Part shown: piece after piece, positions 6,884-15,978 of the stretch | How positions within the stretch are numbered: position 1 is the stretch's first letter | Layout: every line of letters starts with the position of its first letter | Source of the DNA: Candidatus Marinacidobacterium sp. | GTDB lineage: Bacteria > Acidobacteriota > Vicinamibacteria > Marinacidobacterales > Marinacidobacteraceae | Reading direction: 5' to 3' | Length of the DNA stretch: 64,000 bases | Assembly: GCA_965204755.1 (NCBI GenBank) | Contig: OZ242011.1 | Coordinates: 3,584,001 to 3,648,000, forward strand | Program-made: the position numbers and the translations under genes | Notes under the pieces: generated by a model | Told to the model about the DNA's origin: nothing | What the model saw: only the letters and a program-made list of their open reading frames with translations | The model's database searches: none

Positions 6884-9100
6884 TCAGCGGGCGAGGTAGC
6901 GGGCCCGGAATTTCTCGATTGCCGGCAGCAGGGGCTGGCGGTCGTGGAGGGCGTCGGCGAACAGGTCGCCCAGCCGCGCCAGCCGGTCGGGCATCGAGCG
7001 GATGGTGAACTGCTCGGGGCTGAGGTCGCCGTTCAACTCGTCCCAGTCCAGCGGCGCGGAGACCGAGGCGGCCGGCACCGGGCGGGCGGCGTAGGCGGGC
7101 ACCACCGTCTGCCCGCGCCGGTTCTGCAGGAAATCCAGGTACACCCGGCGGCCCCGGCGGGACACCACCCGCTCCACCGTCGCGATCTCCGGGTGCTCGG
7201 CGGCGACATGGGTGGAGACCGCCTCGCAGAACTGCCGCACCAGGTCGTAGGGGTAGATCGGCTCCAGCGGCACCTGGACATGGAGCCCGGTGGCCCCGGA
7301 GGTCTTGACCAGCGGGCGGAGCCCGATCCCCCGCAGCACCTTCCCGAAGGCGCGGGCGAGCCGCGCGACATCGGAGAAGGGACCGCCGCCCGGGTCGAGG
7401 TCGAAGACCGCCCAGTCCGGCCGGTCGAGCCGGCCCCGGATGGAGAGCCACGGGTGGATATCGATGCTGCCCAGGTTGGCGGCGAACAGCAGGGCCGAGG
7501 GGTCGTTGCAGATCAGGAACCGGATCGTCTCCCCGCGCGACCCGGAGGCGATCTCCTCGACTTCGACCCAGTCCGGCGTGTGTTCGGGCAGGTCCTTCTG
7601 GTAGAAGGCCTTGCCGCCCACGCCGTCCGGCATCCGCAGCAGGTGCGCCGGCCGCTCGTGGAGGTAGGGCAGCATGTGCTCCGCCACCCGGTCGTAGTAG
7701 CGGATCAGGTCGCCCTTGGTGTAGCCGGACTCCGGCCAGAAGACCTTGTCGAGGTTGGTGAGCCGGATGGGCCGGGCGGCGCTCCGCTCGGCCCGGCCCC
7801 GCGCGAGCCCGGCGAGCACATGGTCGTCGTCCGCCGGCGCCGCTTCCGGCCGGGCGGGAATCCGCGCGGTGTCGGGCGGGCGGGTTTCCGGGGCCGACCG
7901 GCGCCGGCCCCCGGCCGGTTCGAGCGCCCCCTCGCCATCCGCCGGGGGTACGCCCGGATACGCGCCGTCCACCCGCCTCGCGATCGTCCCGGAGAGCCCG
8001 GCCGCCTCGCAGGCGGCGTGGAACTCTTCGCCCCGAACCCCCACATGCTCCCCGAAAAGGAGGCGGGATGATTGCGCAATCATGCTGCGCAACAGTTGCT
8101 TCCGTTCGAGCAGCGGGACCCGGCGGATGTCCCAGTCGTCGTAGCGGAGGAGGTCGAAGAGGTAGAGCGAGACCGCGATCGAGTCGTCTCCCCCGAGCCG
8201 CGCGGCGAGTCGGTCGGCGGAAGGGCGTTCCGACCGGTCGGTCGCCACCAGGATCCCGTAGGCGAGGAACGCTTCGGCGCGGATCCCCTCGGCCTCGGCC
8301 CGGAGTTCGGGCAGGCCGGGCAGGGGGCCGCCGCCGGCCGCGGGAGCGAGGCGGGGGCCGTCTTCGCCGCGCTCCAGGAAGACCGGGAGGCCCTCCATCT
8401 CCGGCTCGAAGAGGAAGTTGCGGTCGGAGAACGGCGCGGCCTCCCCTTCCGGCTCGGGCGGGATCGGCGGGGGATCGCCGGTCCAGGGCTCGGCTTCCGC
8501 CAGGGCGAAGAACGGCTGCCGGTCGGACTCCTTCCGGGCGTAGCGGTCGCGTCCCTTGAACAGGAGCCACTCGTCGGCGCCCCGCTTCGTCTTGACCAGG
8601 TGCCAGGCGCCGCGCAACTTGCGGCCGCGAAGTCGGACCACCAGTTTCCCGGCCTCGACGCCGGCGGCGCCGCCGTCGCCTTCCCCTTCGGTGATCTCGT
8701 AGGCGCCCCGATCCCAGATGACCATCGTCCCGCCGCCGTACTCCCCGGCGGGAATCACCCCGTGGAAGTCGGTGTAGGCGAGCGGGTGGTCCTCGGTGCG
8801 GACGGCGAGTTTCTTGACCTCCGGGTCGTAGGTGAACCCGCGCGGCACCGCCCAGGACTTGAGGACGCCGCCGATCTCCAGGCGCAGGTCGTAGTGGAGC
8901 CTTCGCGCCTCGTGCCGATGCACGACGAACGCTCGCGCCGGAGGGGACGGCGCCGCCGCGTCCCCCGGCGGCGGCTCGGGAGTCCGGTCGAACCGCCGCT
9001 TGGCGCCGTAGGCATCTATGGACTTCCGCTCGGGCCGCTCCCCCGGCCCGGCGGGCGGGGCCGGCGCTTCCGGGGAGGGTCTCGATCGGGAATCGGGCAT
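6884..9100 (-). CDS. ligD: LigD-like NHEJ protein: phosphoesterase + degenerate ligase + primase-polymerase
   Basis: PE motifs HEARRLHYDLRLE, KSWAVPRG, TEDHP; Pol motifs LTNLDKVFWP, FYQK, FDLDPG, KTSGATGLH, LDFLQN. Ligase motif I reads FEPEMEG (no Lys). Start uncertain. Confidence 0.85.
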   Translation of the reverse strand: MPDSRSRPSPEAPAPPAGPGERPERKSIDAYGAKRRFDRTPEPPPGDAAAPSPPARAFVVHRHEARRLHYDLRLEIGGVLKSWAVPRGFTYDPEVKKLAVRTEDHPLAYTDFHGVIPAGEYGGGTMVIWDRGAYEITEGEGDGGAAGVEAGKLVVRLRGRKLRGAWHLVKTKRGADEWLLFKGRDRYARKESDRQPFFALAEAEPWTGDPPPIPPEPEGEAAPFSDRNFLFEPEMEGLPVFLERGEDGPRLAPAAGGGPLPGLPELRAEAEGIRAEAFLAYGILVATDRSERPSADRLAARLGGDDSIAVSLYLFDLLRYDDWDIRRVPLLERKQLLRSMIAQSSRLLFGEHVGVRGEEFHAACEAAGLSGTIARRVDGAYPGVPPADGEGALEPAGGRRRSAPETRPPDTARIPARPEAAPADDDHVLAGLARGRAERSAARPIRLTNLDKVFWPESGYTKGDLIRYYDRVAEHMLPYLHERPAHLLRMPDGVGGKAFYQKDLPEHTPDWVEVEEIASGSRGETIRFLICNDPSALLFAANLGSIDIHPWLSIRGRLDRPDWAVFDLDPGGGPFSDVARLARAFGKVLRGIGLRPLVKTSGATGLHVQVPLEPIYPYDLVRQFCEAVSTHVAAEHPEIATVERVVSRRGRRVYLDFLQNRRGQTVVPAYAARPVPAASVSAPLDWDELNGDLSPEQFTIRSMPDRLARLGDLFADALHDRQPLLPAIEKFRARYLAR

Positions 9101-9243
9101 GGCGGAAGGCGCCCGCCGGCGCCGGCCTCCCGGTCGGCAGCGGGCCTCGCCAATTCTGACGGCCGACCCCGGCCGGGGCCGGTGGCACAATCGGCGGCCG
9201 CGCGACGGGCGGGAAGACCGCCCGCGCCGAGGAGGGCCCGACC

Positions 9244-11475
9244 GTGCCGACCATGAACGCCGAACCACGAGGAAAGAGCCGGGGCGCCGCCCCGCCGACC
9301 CGGAGCGCGGTCGGGAACCGCCGGAGAGCCCGGCGCCGGGCGACCGTCATCGCGGGCGGGGCCGCGCTCGCCGCGCTGCTCGCCGCCGGGTGCGGCTCGG
9401 AGGAGGCCGCCCCGGAACTCACTCTGGAACAGATCCTGGCCATCCGCCACCCGGCGAGTCCGGTCTGGAGCCCCGACGGCGAGCGGATCACCTTCGTCTG
9501 GGACCGCAACCAGGAGATGGACCTCTACTCGGTCGAGCCCGGCGCCGGCGAGGCGCCCCGCCCGCTCACCCGCTGGGGCGAGTCCTACGAGGAGATCGGC
9601 GGCCTCTTCTGGGGCCCGGCCGGCGAGTTTCTCCACTTCGTCCGGAACGGCGCGCTCTACCGGATGAACCCGGAGCAGCCGGGCACCCTCGAGCGCGTCT
9701 TCGACGAGGAGCCGGGCGGCGAGTCGGGCTACTCGCCCTCCCCCGACCGCGCGCGGATCGCCTTCCTCCGCGGCGGCGACCTGCATGTCCGCGACCTCGA
9801 CTCGCCCGCCGAGTTCCCGCTCACGGGTACGCCGGACCTCCGGGAGGGAGCGGCCGTCTGGTCGCCGGACGGGCGGTTCGTGGCCTACACCGTCGCCTCG
9901 ACCGAAGCCATCGAGAAGACCCCGGAAGTCTCCGGGGCCAAACTGGCCTTCCGCAGCCGACGGTCCACCCCGCCCGACCTTTGGGCGGCGCCGGTGATCC
10001 GCCGGGGCGTCCCGCGCCGGATCGCCGCCGGCGAGAACTTCCAGTCCTCCCCCGGATGGCTCGACGCCGCGCGGCTGGTCTTCCTCGAAGTCAGCGCCGA
10101 CTACCGCGAGCGCTCCGTCCGGGTGGCCGACCTCCGCGACGGCTCGGTGCGGACCCTGTCCAGCACCCGCGACCCGAAGTGGTGGAGCCTCACCTTCCTC
10201 GGCGCGGAGCCCCGCCCCTCGCCGGACGGGAAGTGGGTGGCGTTCGTGGACGACGCCTCCGGCTGGGACCGGTTGATGGTCGTCTCCGTGGACGACGGCT
10301 CGGAGACCGCCCTCACCGACGACGGCGCCGAGGTCCGCCGCTACGCCTGGTCACCCGACGGCCGCTACCTGGCGTGGGACGCGAATCCGGAGCACCCCGG
10401 CCGCCGCCAACTGTTCGTCGTCGAAACCGCCTCGCTGCCGGACGCCGCGCCCCGCGCCCTCACTTCGGGCCCGGGCGCGAACACCCAGCCCGCCGCCCGC
10501 ACCGGCTTCCGCCTCTCCGCGGAGTTCGGCGGCTTCTCCCCGGACGGCAGCCGGATCGTTTTCCAGCGCACCGGCCCCCGCGCCCCGGCCGACCTCTACA
10601 CGGTGGCGGTGGACGGCGGCGGCGAGCCGGTGCGCCTCACGAATTCGCTGCCGGAGGGACTCGACCCGGCCCTGTTCACCGAGGGCGAGTTCCTGCGCTT
10701 CCCGGCGCGCGACGGCGGCGAAGTGCCCGGCTACCTGTTCACGCCGGAGGGACTCGACCGCTCCCGGAAGCACCCGGCCATCGTGTGGGTCCACGGCGAC
10801 GGCATCGCCCAGAACTACGAAGGCTGGCATGTCCGCCGGGACTACGCGGCGTACCACTCGTTCCACCAGTTGCTCCTCCGGGACGGTTATGTGGTGCTCA
10901 TGCCGGACTACCGGGGTAGCGTCGGCTACGGGCGCGACTTCCGGCAGCAGTCCTACCGAGATGTCGGCGGCGGCGACTACCAGGATGTGGCGGCGGCGGG
11001 GGACTACCTGAAGACCCTCGACTTCGTGGACCCCGAGCGCGTCGGCGTCTGGGGACTCAGTTACGGCGGCTTCATGACCATGCAGGCGCTCACCCTCGAC
11101 CCGACGCTCTTCGCCGCCGGGGTGAATGTCGCCGGGGTCGGCGACTACCGGCTCTGGTTCCAGGACCCCGGGGGGAGATGGGTGGTCAGCCGGATGGGGA
11201 CTCCGGAGGAGAACCCGGAGGTGTACGACCTCGCCGCTCCCGCCGACCGGGTCGAGGCGATCGAGCGGCCGCTCCTCATGATGCACGGCACTTCGGATGT
11301 GAATGTTCCCTACTTCGAGTCCGTCCACCTTGCCGACCGCCTGCTCCGCGCCGGCAAGGACTTCGAGTTCGTCACCTACCCGGGCGAGTTCCACTACTTC
11401 CACCGCGAACATGTCCTCCGGGACGCCTGGAAGCGCGTGCGCCGATTCTTCGGGGAGCACTTGGCCGCGCGGTAG
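9244..11475 (+). CDS. S9 family (DPP IV/acylaminoacyl-peptidase-like) peptidase, probable lipoprotein
   Basis: PD40/WSPDG beta-propeller repeats; GLSYGG nucleophile, HGTSDVNV Asp, YPGEFH His; LAAG-C lipobox. Confidence 0.9.
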   Translation: MPTMNAEPRGKSRGAAPPTRSAVGNRRRARRRATVIAGGAALAALLAAGCGSEEAAPELTLEQILAIRHPASPVWSPDGERITFVWDRNQEMDLYSVEPGAGEAPRPLTRWGESYEEIGGLFWGPAGEFLHFVRNGALYRMNPEQPGTLERVFDEEPGGESGYSPSPDRARIAFLRGGDLHVRDLDSPAEFPLTGTPDLREGAAVWSPDGRFVAYTVASTEAIEKTPEVSGAKLAFRSRRSTPPDLWAAPVIRRGVPRRIAAGENFQSSPGWLDAARLVFLEVSADYRERSVRVADLRDGSVRTLSSTRDPKWWSLTFLGAEPRPSPDGKWVAFVDDASGWDRLMVVSVDDGSETALTDDGAEVRRYAWSPDGRYLAWDANPEHPGRRQLFVVETASLPDAAPRALTSGPGANTQPAARTGFRLSAEFGGFSPDGSRIVFQRTGPRAPADLYTVAVDGGGEPVRLTNSLPEGLDPALFTEGEFLRFPARDGGEVPGYLFTPEGLDRSRKHPAIVWVHGDGIAQNYEGWHVRRDYAAYHSFHQLLLRDGYVVLMPDYRGSVGYGRDFRQQSYRDVGGGDYQDVAAAGDYLKTLDFVDPERVGVWGLSYGGFMTMQALTLDPTLFAAGVNVAGVGDYRLWFQDPGGRWVVSRMGTPEENPEVYDLAAPADRVEAIERPLLMMHGTSDVNVPYFESVHLADRLLRAGKDFEFVTYPGEFHYFHREHVLRDAWKRVRRFFGEHLAAR

Positions 11476-11527
11476 GCCGATCCTTCCGGCGCCTCGGTGC
11501 ACCGGCTGTCTTGAGTCTGCGGGCTCG

Positions 11528-12937
11528 TCAGCCGGGATCGCGCAAGGCTTCGCGGAACGCCGGCGGGATCTCCATGCCGAGGCCTTCCGCCTCCCCCAGG
11601 TGCCGGAGGGCCTCGGAGCGGTTGCCGCGTTTCGCTTCCACATCCGCCAGCAGGAAGTGGAGCCCGGCGCGGCGAGAGGCGTCGGCGGGGGCGGAACCGG
11701 TTCGACCCAGCGCCGCGCCCAGCGCCTCGGCGGCCTCGTCGAAACGCCCGCGGGTGGCGAGCAGTTGGCCGAGGCCCTGGAGGGCGCCGGGGTCGCCGGG
11801 CGCGACTTCGAGCGCCTGGCGGAGGAGTCTCTCGGCGCCGCGCAGGTCGCCGCGCTGGAACCGCAGGCTGGAAGCCCCGAGCAGCGTGGGCAGGTGGGTC
11901 GGGTCGTTCTCGGCGGCTCGCCGGTAGAGCGAGTCGGCCTCGGCGTCCCGCCCGGTGCGGACGAGCAGGTTGGCGAGATTCGCCATCGTTGGGCTCGACT
12001 CCGGGTCGAGGGCGAGCGCCTCCCGGTAGGCGGCCTCGGCTTCGTCGGGCTGTCCCCGGCGCGTGAGCACATTTCCCAGGTTGTAGCGGAGCGCGGGTTC
12101 CTCGGGCCGCTCGGTGATGAGGCGGCGGTAGATCGCTTCGGCGGTCTCCGCGTCCCCGGCGGCGGCGGCGCGGCGCGCGCGCGCTTCCCTCCCGGCGGCG
12201 TCGGCGCGCAGGTCCTCGACCACGGTGAGCAGCGGGTCGGGATCGCCGACCGCGCCGGAGGAAGGGGAGCGGGCAGCCGCGCGCGCCCTCGCCGCGGCTT
12301 CGGCCGCCCCTTCGGGGTCGTCGCTCCGGCGGCGGATCTGGGCGAGGAAACTCCAGGCGGCGGCCGCTTCGGGCGCCCGGCCGGTCACGGCTTCCATCGC
12401 TTTCTCGGCGGCGTCGAGATTCCCGGCGGCGAGGTCGCGGCGGCCGAGGGCCATCTCCGCCTCGATCGAAGACGGGCGCGCCGCCCGCAGCGCCTCCCAC
12501 GCGGCGCCGGCGTCGTCGGCCCGGCCCAGCGCTTCCAGCAGCCGGGCGCGGAGCGCCAGCGTGGGAGAGGCGCCCGGACCGCGCCGCAGCGCCTCCTCCG
12601 CGAGCGCGAGCGCCGCCTCCGGATCTCCGGCTTCCAGCAACCGGGCGTGGAGGTGCGGCCACGCCCGGTCCGAGGAGTCCAGCCGGGCCGCCTCCGCGTA
12701 CGCCGCAGCCGCCGGCGCCGCGAGCCGGTGGGCGTGGAGGATCATCCCCAGCCGCCCCCGCCGCGCCGGGTCACGCGGGTCGGCCGCGGTCTCGGCCCGC
12801 GCGTTCTCGACGAGCGCCGCCACGGCCGGCTCCATCCCGACGGTAGCCACCGGGGGGACTTCCGCGCCGCCGCAGGCGAACAGGAGCGGCGCCGCGAGGG
12901 CCGGCGCGAGCGCTCGACAGCGCCGCCGTTCAGCCAC
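11528..12937 (-). CDS. TPR repeat lipoprotein
   Basis: GTG at 12937 overlapping the upstream stop; LLFA-CGG lipobox; multiple TPR helices (YNLGNVL, YREALALDP). Confidence 0.8.
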   Translation of the reverse strand: MAERRRCRALAPALAAPLLFACGGAEVPPVATVGMEPAVAALVENARAETAADPRDPARRGRLGMILHAHRLAAPAAAAYAEAARLDSSDRAWPHLHARLLEAGDPEAALALAEEALRRGPGASPTLALRARLLEALGRADDAGAAWEALRAARPSSIEAEMALGRRDLAAGNLDAAEKAMEAVTGRAPEAAAAWSFLAQIRRRSDDPEGAAEAAARARAAARSPSSGAVGDPDPLLTVVEDLRADAAGREARARRAAAAGDAETAEAIYRRLITERPEEPALRYNLGNVLTRRGQPDEAEAAYREALALDPESSPTMANLANLLVRTGRDAEADSLYRRAAENDPTHLPTLLGASSLRFQRGDLRGAERLLRQALEVAPGDPGALQGLGQLLATRGRFDEAAEALGAALGRTGSAPADASRRAGLHFLLADVEAKRGNRSEALRHLGEAEGLGMEIPPAFREALRDPG

Positions 12938-14606
12938 CGGGCGTTCCCTCGCCGCGGACGACGACCGCCGCGCGGTTCGGCGGCGGGGCCGGGAACCGTT
13001 CCCGCTCGCCGTTCGACCAGCGGACGACGAGGCCGGTGACCTCCGCTCCGGGTTCGATCCCGAAGTGGGCGCGGGGGTCGCCGGAACCCAGGTAGGAGAC
13101 GCCCCGGTTCGCCCGCCCGACCCGAATCCCGGCGGTCGTTTCCAGGAACACGGTCGCGCCGTGGTCGGGGAGTCCGTTCGCGGGCAGGCGCGGTTCCACC
13201 AGCAGCCAGCCGCCTTCGGGTGTCGAGTCGTTCCGCAGCATCCTCGCCGGGCCGTCGCCGGCGGCGAGCGCGAAGTCGAGATCGCCGTCCCCGTCGAGGT
13301 CCCCCGCCGCGAGGCCGCGCCCCACGACTCGGGCCGCGAGTCCCGGAGAGGCATCGCCGGCTCCGGAGAACCGCCCGCCTTCGTTCCGCAGCAGGAGGGT
13401 CGGCTCGGCGTAGGAGTCGAAGAACGGTTCGCGGGGCGGCGCCCCCGGAGGACGGGCCACGCGGCCGTTCGCGATGACCGCGTCCGGGCGGCCATCGTGG
13501 TTCCAGTCGCCGACGGCGACCCCGAACCCGGTGGTCGAGAGGCCGAGCGAGCCGAGGCCCCAAGCGTTCGAAGCGTCCACGAAGAACCCTCCGTCCTCCG
13601 CCAGGTAGAGGGTGTTCGTCTCGTCGGCGAAGTGGGTGACGAGCAGGTCGAGCGCCCCGTTCCGGTCCAGGTCGGCGACTTCGATCCCCATGCCCGCCTC
13701 CGGCCTTCCGAAGCCGCTGAGGGCTGCGCCGGACTGCATGGCCTCTTCGCGGAAGCCCCCCGCGCCATCGTTCACCCAGAAGTGGTTCGCCTCGGTGTCG
13801 TTGGCCACATAGAAGTCGGGCAATCCCTCCCCGGTGAGGTCGTGGCAGACCACGCCGAGCCCCCGGGCGGCCAGCGAGCCGATCCCGATCCGGCGACCGA
13901 CTTCCTCGAACCGCCCGCGGCCGAGGTTTCGGTAGAGGAGGTCGGGGACGCCGGGGAGTTCCGTCGGGCCGCAGTAGTCGCGGCGTCCGTCGGCGGCGAA
14001 GCACTCGAACGCCGGGTCGTAGTCCATGTAACGCGTGACGAACAGGTCGAGATGCCCGTCCGCGTCGTAGTCGCAGAACACCGCGGAGGCCGACCATCCC
14101 TCGTCGGCCGGAAAGGTCGCGGAGGCGGAGTATCCCGCCGCGTCGTCGTCCCGGAGGAGCAGGGCGTCGGCGCCGTAGGCCGTTCGGTAGAGGTCGAGGT
14201 CGCCGTCCCCGTCCGCGTCGCCGACCGCGGCGCCCATCCCGTAGCCGGCCGGTGGCGGGAGCGCGTCGGGTACCGCGGCGAAACGCAGCGCCGCCGGGTC
14301 GGACCCCCGGTTCTCGTAGAGCGCGTCCGACCCGGCGCCCTGGACGAAGTGGAGGTCGAGGTCCCCGTCGCCGTCGTAGTCCAGCAGCGCCAAGCCGCCG
14401 CCCATGATCTCGGGCAGGAAGTAGTCGGGCTGCGCGTCCGTTCCGCGGCCCGAGTGCCGCCGGAACTCCACGCCGGCGGCCTCGGTGATGTCGGTGAACC
14501 GGATCTGGAGGCCGGTTCCCGCAGCGGGAACCGCGACGCCGAGCGCGACGGAAGCCGCGCCGAGCCTCGACCGGCGGGCGCGGCGCCGCAGGCCTCCGGT
14601 CGTCAG
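12930..14606 (-). CDS. CRTAC1-like FG-GAP/VCBS repeat protein with ASPIC/UnbV domain
   Basis: FTDITEAAG, repeated DxDGDGDLD motifs, C-terminal SYLGSGDPRAHFG and VRWSNG. Start probably CTG in a CTGA overlap. Confidence 0.85.
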   Translation of the reverse strand: MTTGGLRRRARRSRLGAASVALGVAVPAAGTGLQIRFTDITEAAGVEFRRHSGRGTDAQPDYFLPEIMGGGLALLDYDGDGDLDLHFVQGAGSDALYENRGSDPAALRFAAVPDALPPPAGYGMGAAVGDADGDGDLDLYRTAYGADALLLRDDDAAGYSASATFPADEGWSASAVFCDYDADGHLDLFVTRYMDYDPAFECFAADGRRDYCGPTELPGVPDLLYRNLGRGRFEEVGRRIGIGSLAARGLGVVCHDLTGEGLPDFYVANDTEANHFWVNDGAGGFREEAMQSGAALSGFGRPEAGMGIEVADLDRNGALDLLVTHFADETNTLYLAEDGGFFVDASNAWGLGSLGLSTTGFGVAVGDWNHDGRPDAVIANGRVARPPGAPPREPFFDSYAEPTLLLRNEGGRFSGAGDASPGLAARVVGRGLAAGDLDGDGDLDFALAAGDGPARMLRNDSTPEGGWLLVEPRLPANGLPDHGATVFLETTAGIRVGRANRGVSYLGSGDPRAHFGIEPGAEVTGLVVRWSNGERERFPAPPPNRAAVVVRGEGTPGG

Positions 14607-15874
14607 AGGCGCCTGACCGAAGCCGGCCCGATGTCGCCGAGCGACGGGGTCCCCGCGAGTTGCATGGCGAGTTTCAACTCGGCGCGCAGCATCCGCAGCA
14701 CCGCCGCCACTCCCGGTTCGCCGAACGCGGCCAGCCCCCATAGGTAGGCGCGCCCGACGAGCACGGCGTCGGCGCCCAGCGCGAGCGCCTTGAAGATGTC
14801 CACCCCGCGCCGGATGCCGCTGTCCATGAGGATCGGGATGCGCCCGCCGATCGCGGCGGCGACCTCGGGGAGGCTGTCGAGCGTGCCGATCCCGCTTTCC
14901 TCGGCGCGCCCGCCGTGGTTCGAGACCACGACGGCGTCCACGCCGTGTTCGATGCAGAGTTCGGCGTCTTCGGCGGTGACGATTCCCTTGAGCAGCAGCC
15001 GCATGTCGGTCGTGTCCCGGAGCCGCCGGATCACTTCCCAGGTCATCGCCGGCTGGTTCAGGCCGGCGAAACGGCTCCGCCCCACCGCGTCCGCGACTTC
15101 GATCTCGTCGAACATGGACTTCCGCGACACATAGTTGGCGAACCCGGGCTGGTGGCAGATCGTGCATTCGCGCTGGTCGAGACGGGCAGAGAGCGCCTGC
15201 GTGATCCGGTTGCTCCCGGCGGGGAGGTCCACGGTGAGCACCAGCGCCGGGCAGCCGGCGGCTTCCGCCCGCGCCACCAACTGCTTCGTGACCTCGAAGG
15301 AGGTCGTCGGATACAACTGGTACCAGACCGGCTCGCCGCGCGCCTCGTTCACTTCCTCTACCGAGGAGGTCGTCACGGTCGAGAGCAGTTGCAGGTGGTC
15401 CTCGCTGCGGGCGGCCAGCGCGACCGCGACTTCCCCGCCGGCGTGGAACGCCTTCTGGCTGCCGCAGGGAGCGATCCCGATCGGCGAAGTCCAGCGCCGC
15501 CCGAAGAGGGTCACGGACAGGTCCGGCTCGGACACATCCACCAGCCGCCGCGCCCGGATGCCCACCCGCTCGAACGCCGCCCGGTTCGCGGCCAGCGTGC
15601 CTTCCCCGTCCACCCCGGTGGCGATGTAGCCGTAGTGCGCCGGCGGCAGGTTCCGCTCGGCGAGCGCCCGGAAGTCGAAGACATCGGCCGCTTCGTCCGG
15701 GGCCTCGATGAGGGCGCGCGGGAACCGGTTGTAGCCGAACCGCTCCGCGCTCTCCTGCCCGCCCTCGGCGCGCGCCGGCGGCGCGTCCGGGTCGTAGCAG
15801 GCCGCCCCGCCGAAGAGCGCCGGACTCCCGGCGAGATAGCGGAGAAACCGCCGCCGTTCGAGAAATCGGGTCAT
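14603..15874 (-). CDS. FMN-dependent alpha-hydroxy acid oxidase/dehydrogenase with Tat-like signal and CxxCH motif
   Basis: WYQLY, LTVD, LLKGI, VSNHGGR, DSGIRRGVD, GRAYLWGLAA; N-terminus ERRRFL...GAAC; CTICH at 15166-15152. Confidence 0.9.
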   Translation of the reverse strand: MTRFLERRRFLRYLAGSPALFGGAACYDPDAPPARAEGGQESAERFGYNRFPRALIEAPDEAADVFDFRALAERNLPPAHYGYIATGVDGEGTLAANRAAFERVGIRARRLVDVSEPDLSVTLFGRRWTSPIGIAPCGSQKAFHAGGEVAVALAARSEDHLQLLSTVTTSSVEEVNEARGEPVWYQLYPTTSFEVTKQLVARAEAAGCPALVLTVDLPAGSNRITQALSARLDQRECTICHQPGFANYVSRKSMFDEIEVADAVGRSRFAGLNQPAMTWEVIRRLRDTTDMRLLLKGIVTAEDAELCIEHGVDAVVVSNHGGRAEESGIGTLDSLPEVAAAIGGRIPILMDSGIRRGVDIFKALALGADAVLVGRAYLWGLAAFGEPGVAAVLRMLRAELKLAMQLAGTPSLGDIGPASVRRL

Positions 15875-15978
15875 GTGTTCGCCCCCTGCTCGCTGGGCCG
15901 CCGATTCTCCCACGACGGCCAGCCGGGGCGCTGTGACGGCGGTGTCTCGCCCGTCGGTCCGGGGCGCCGCTCGCTGCC

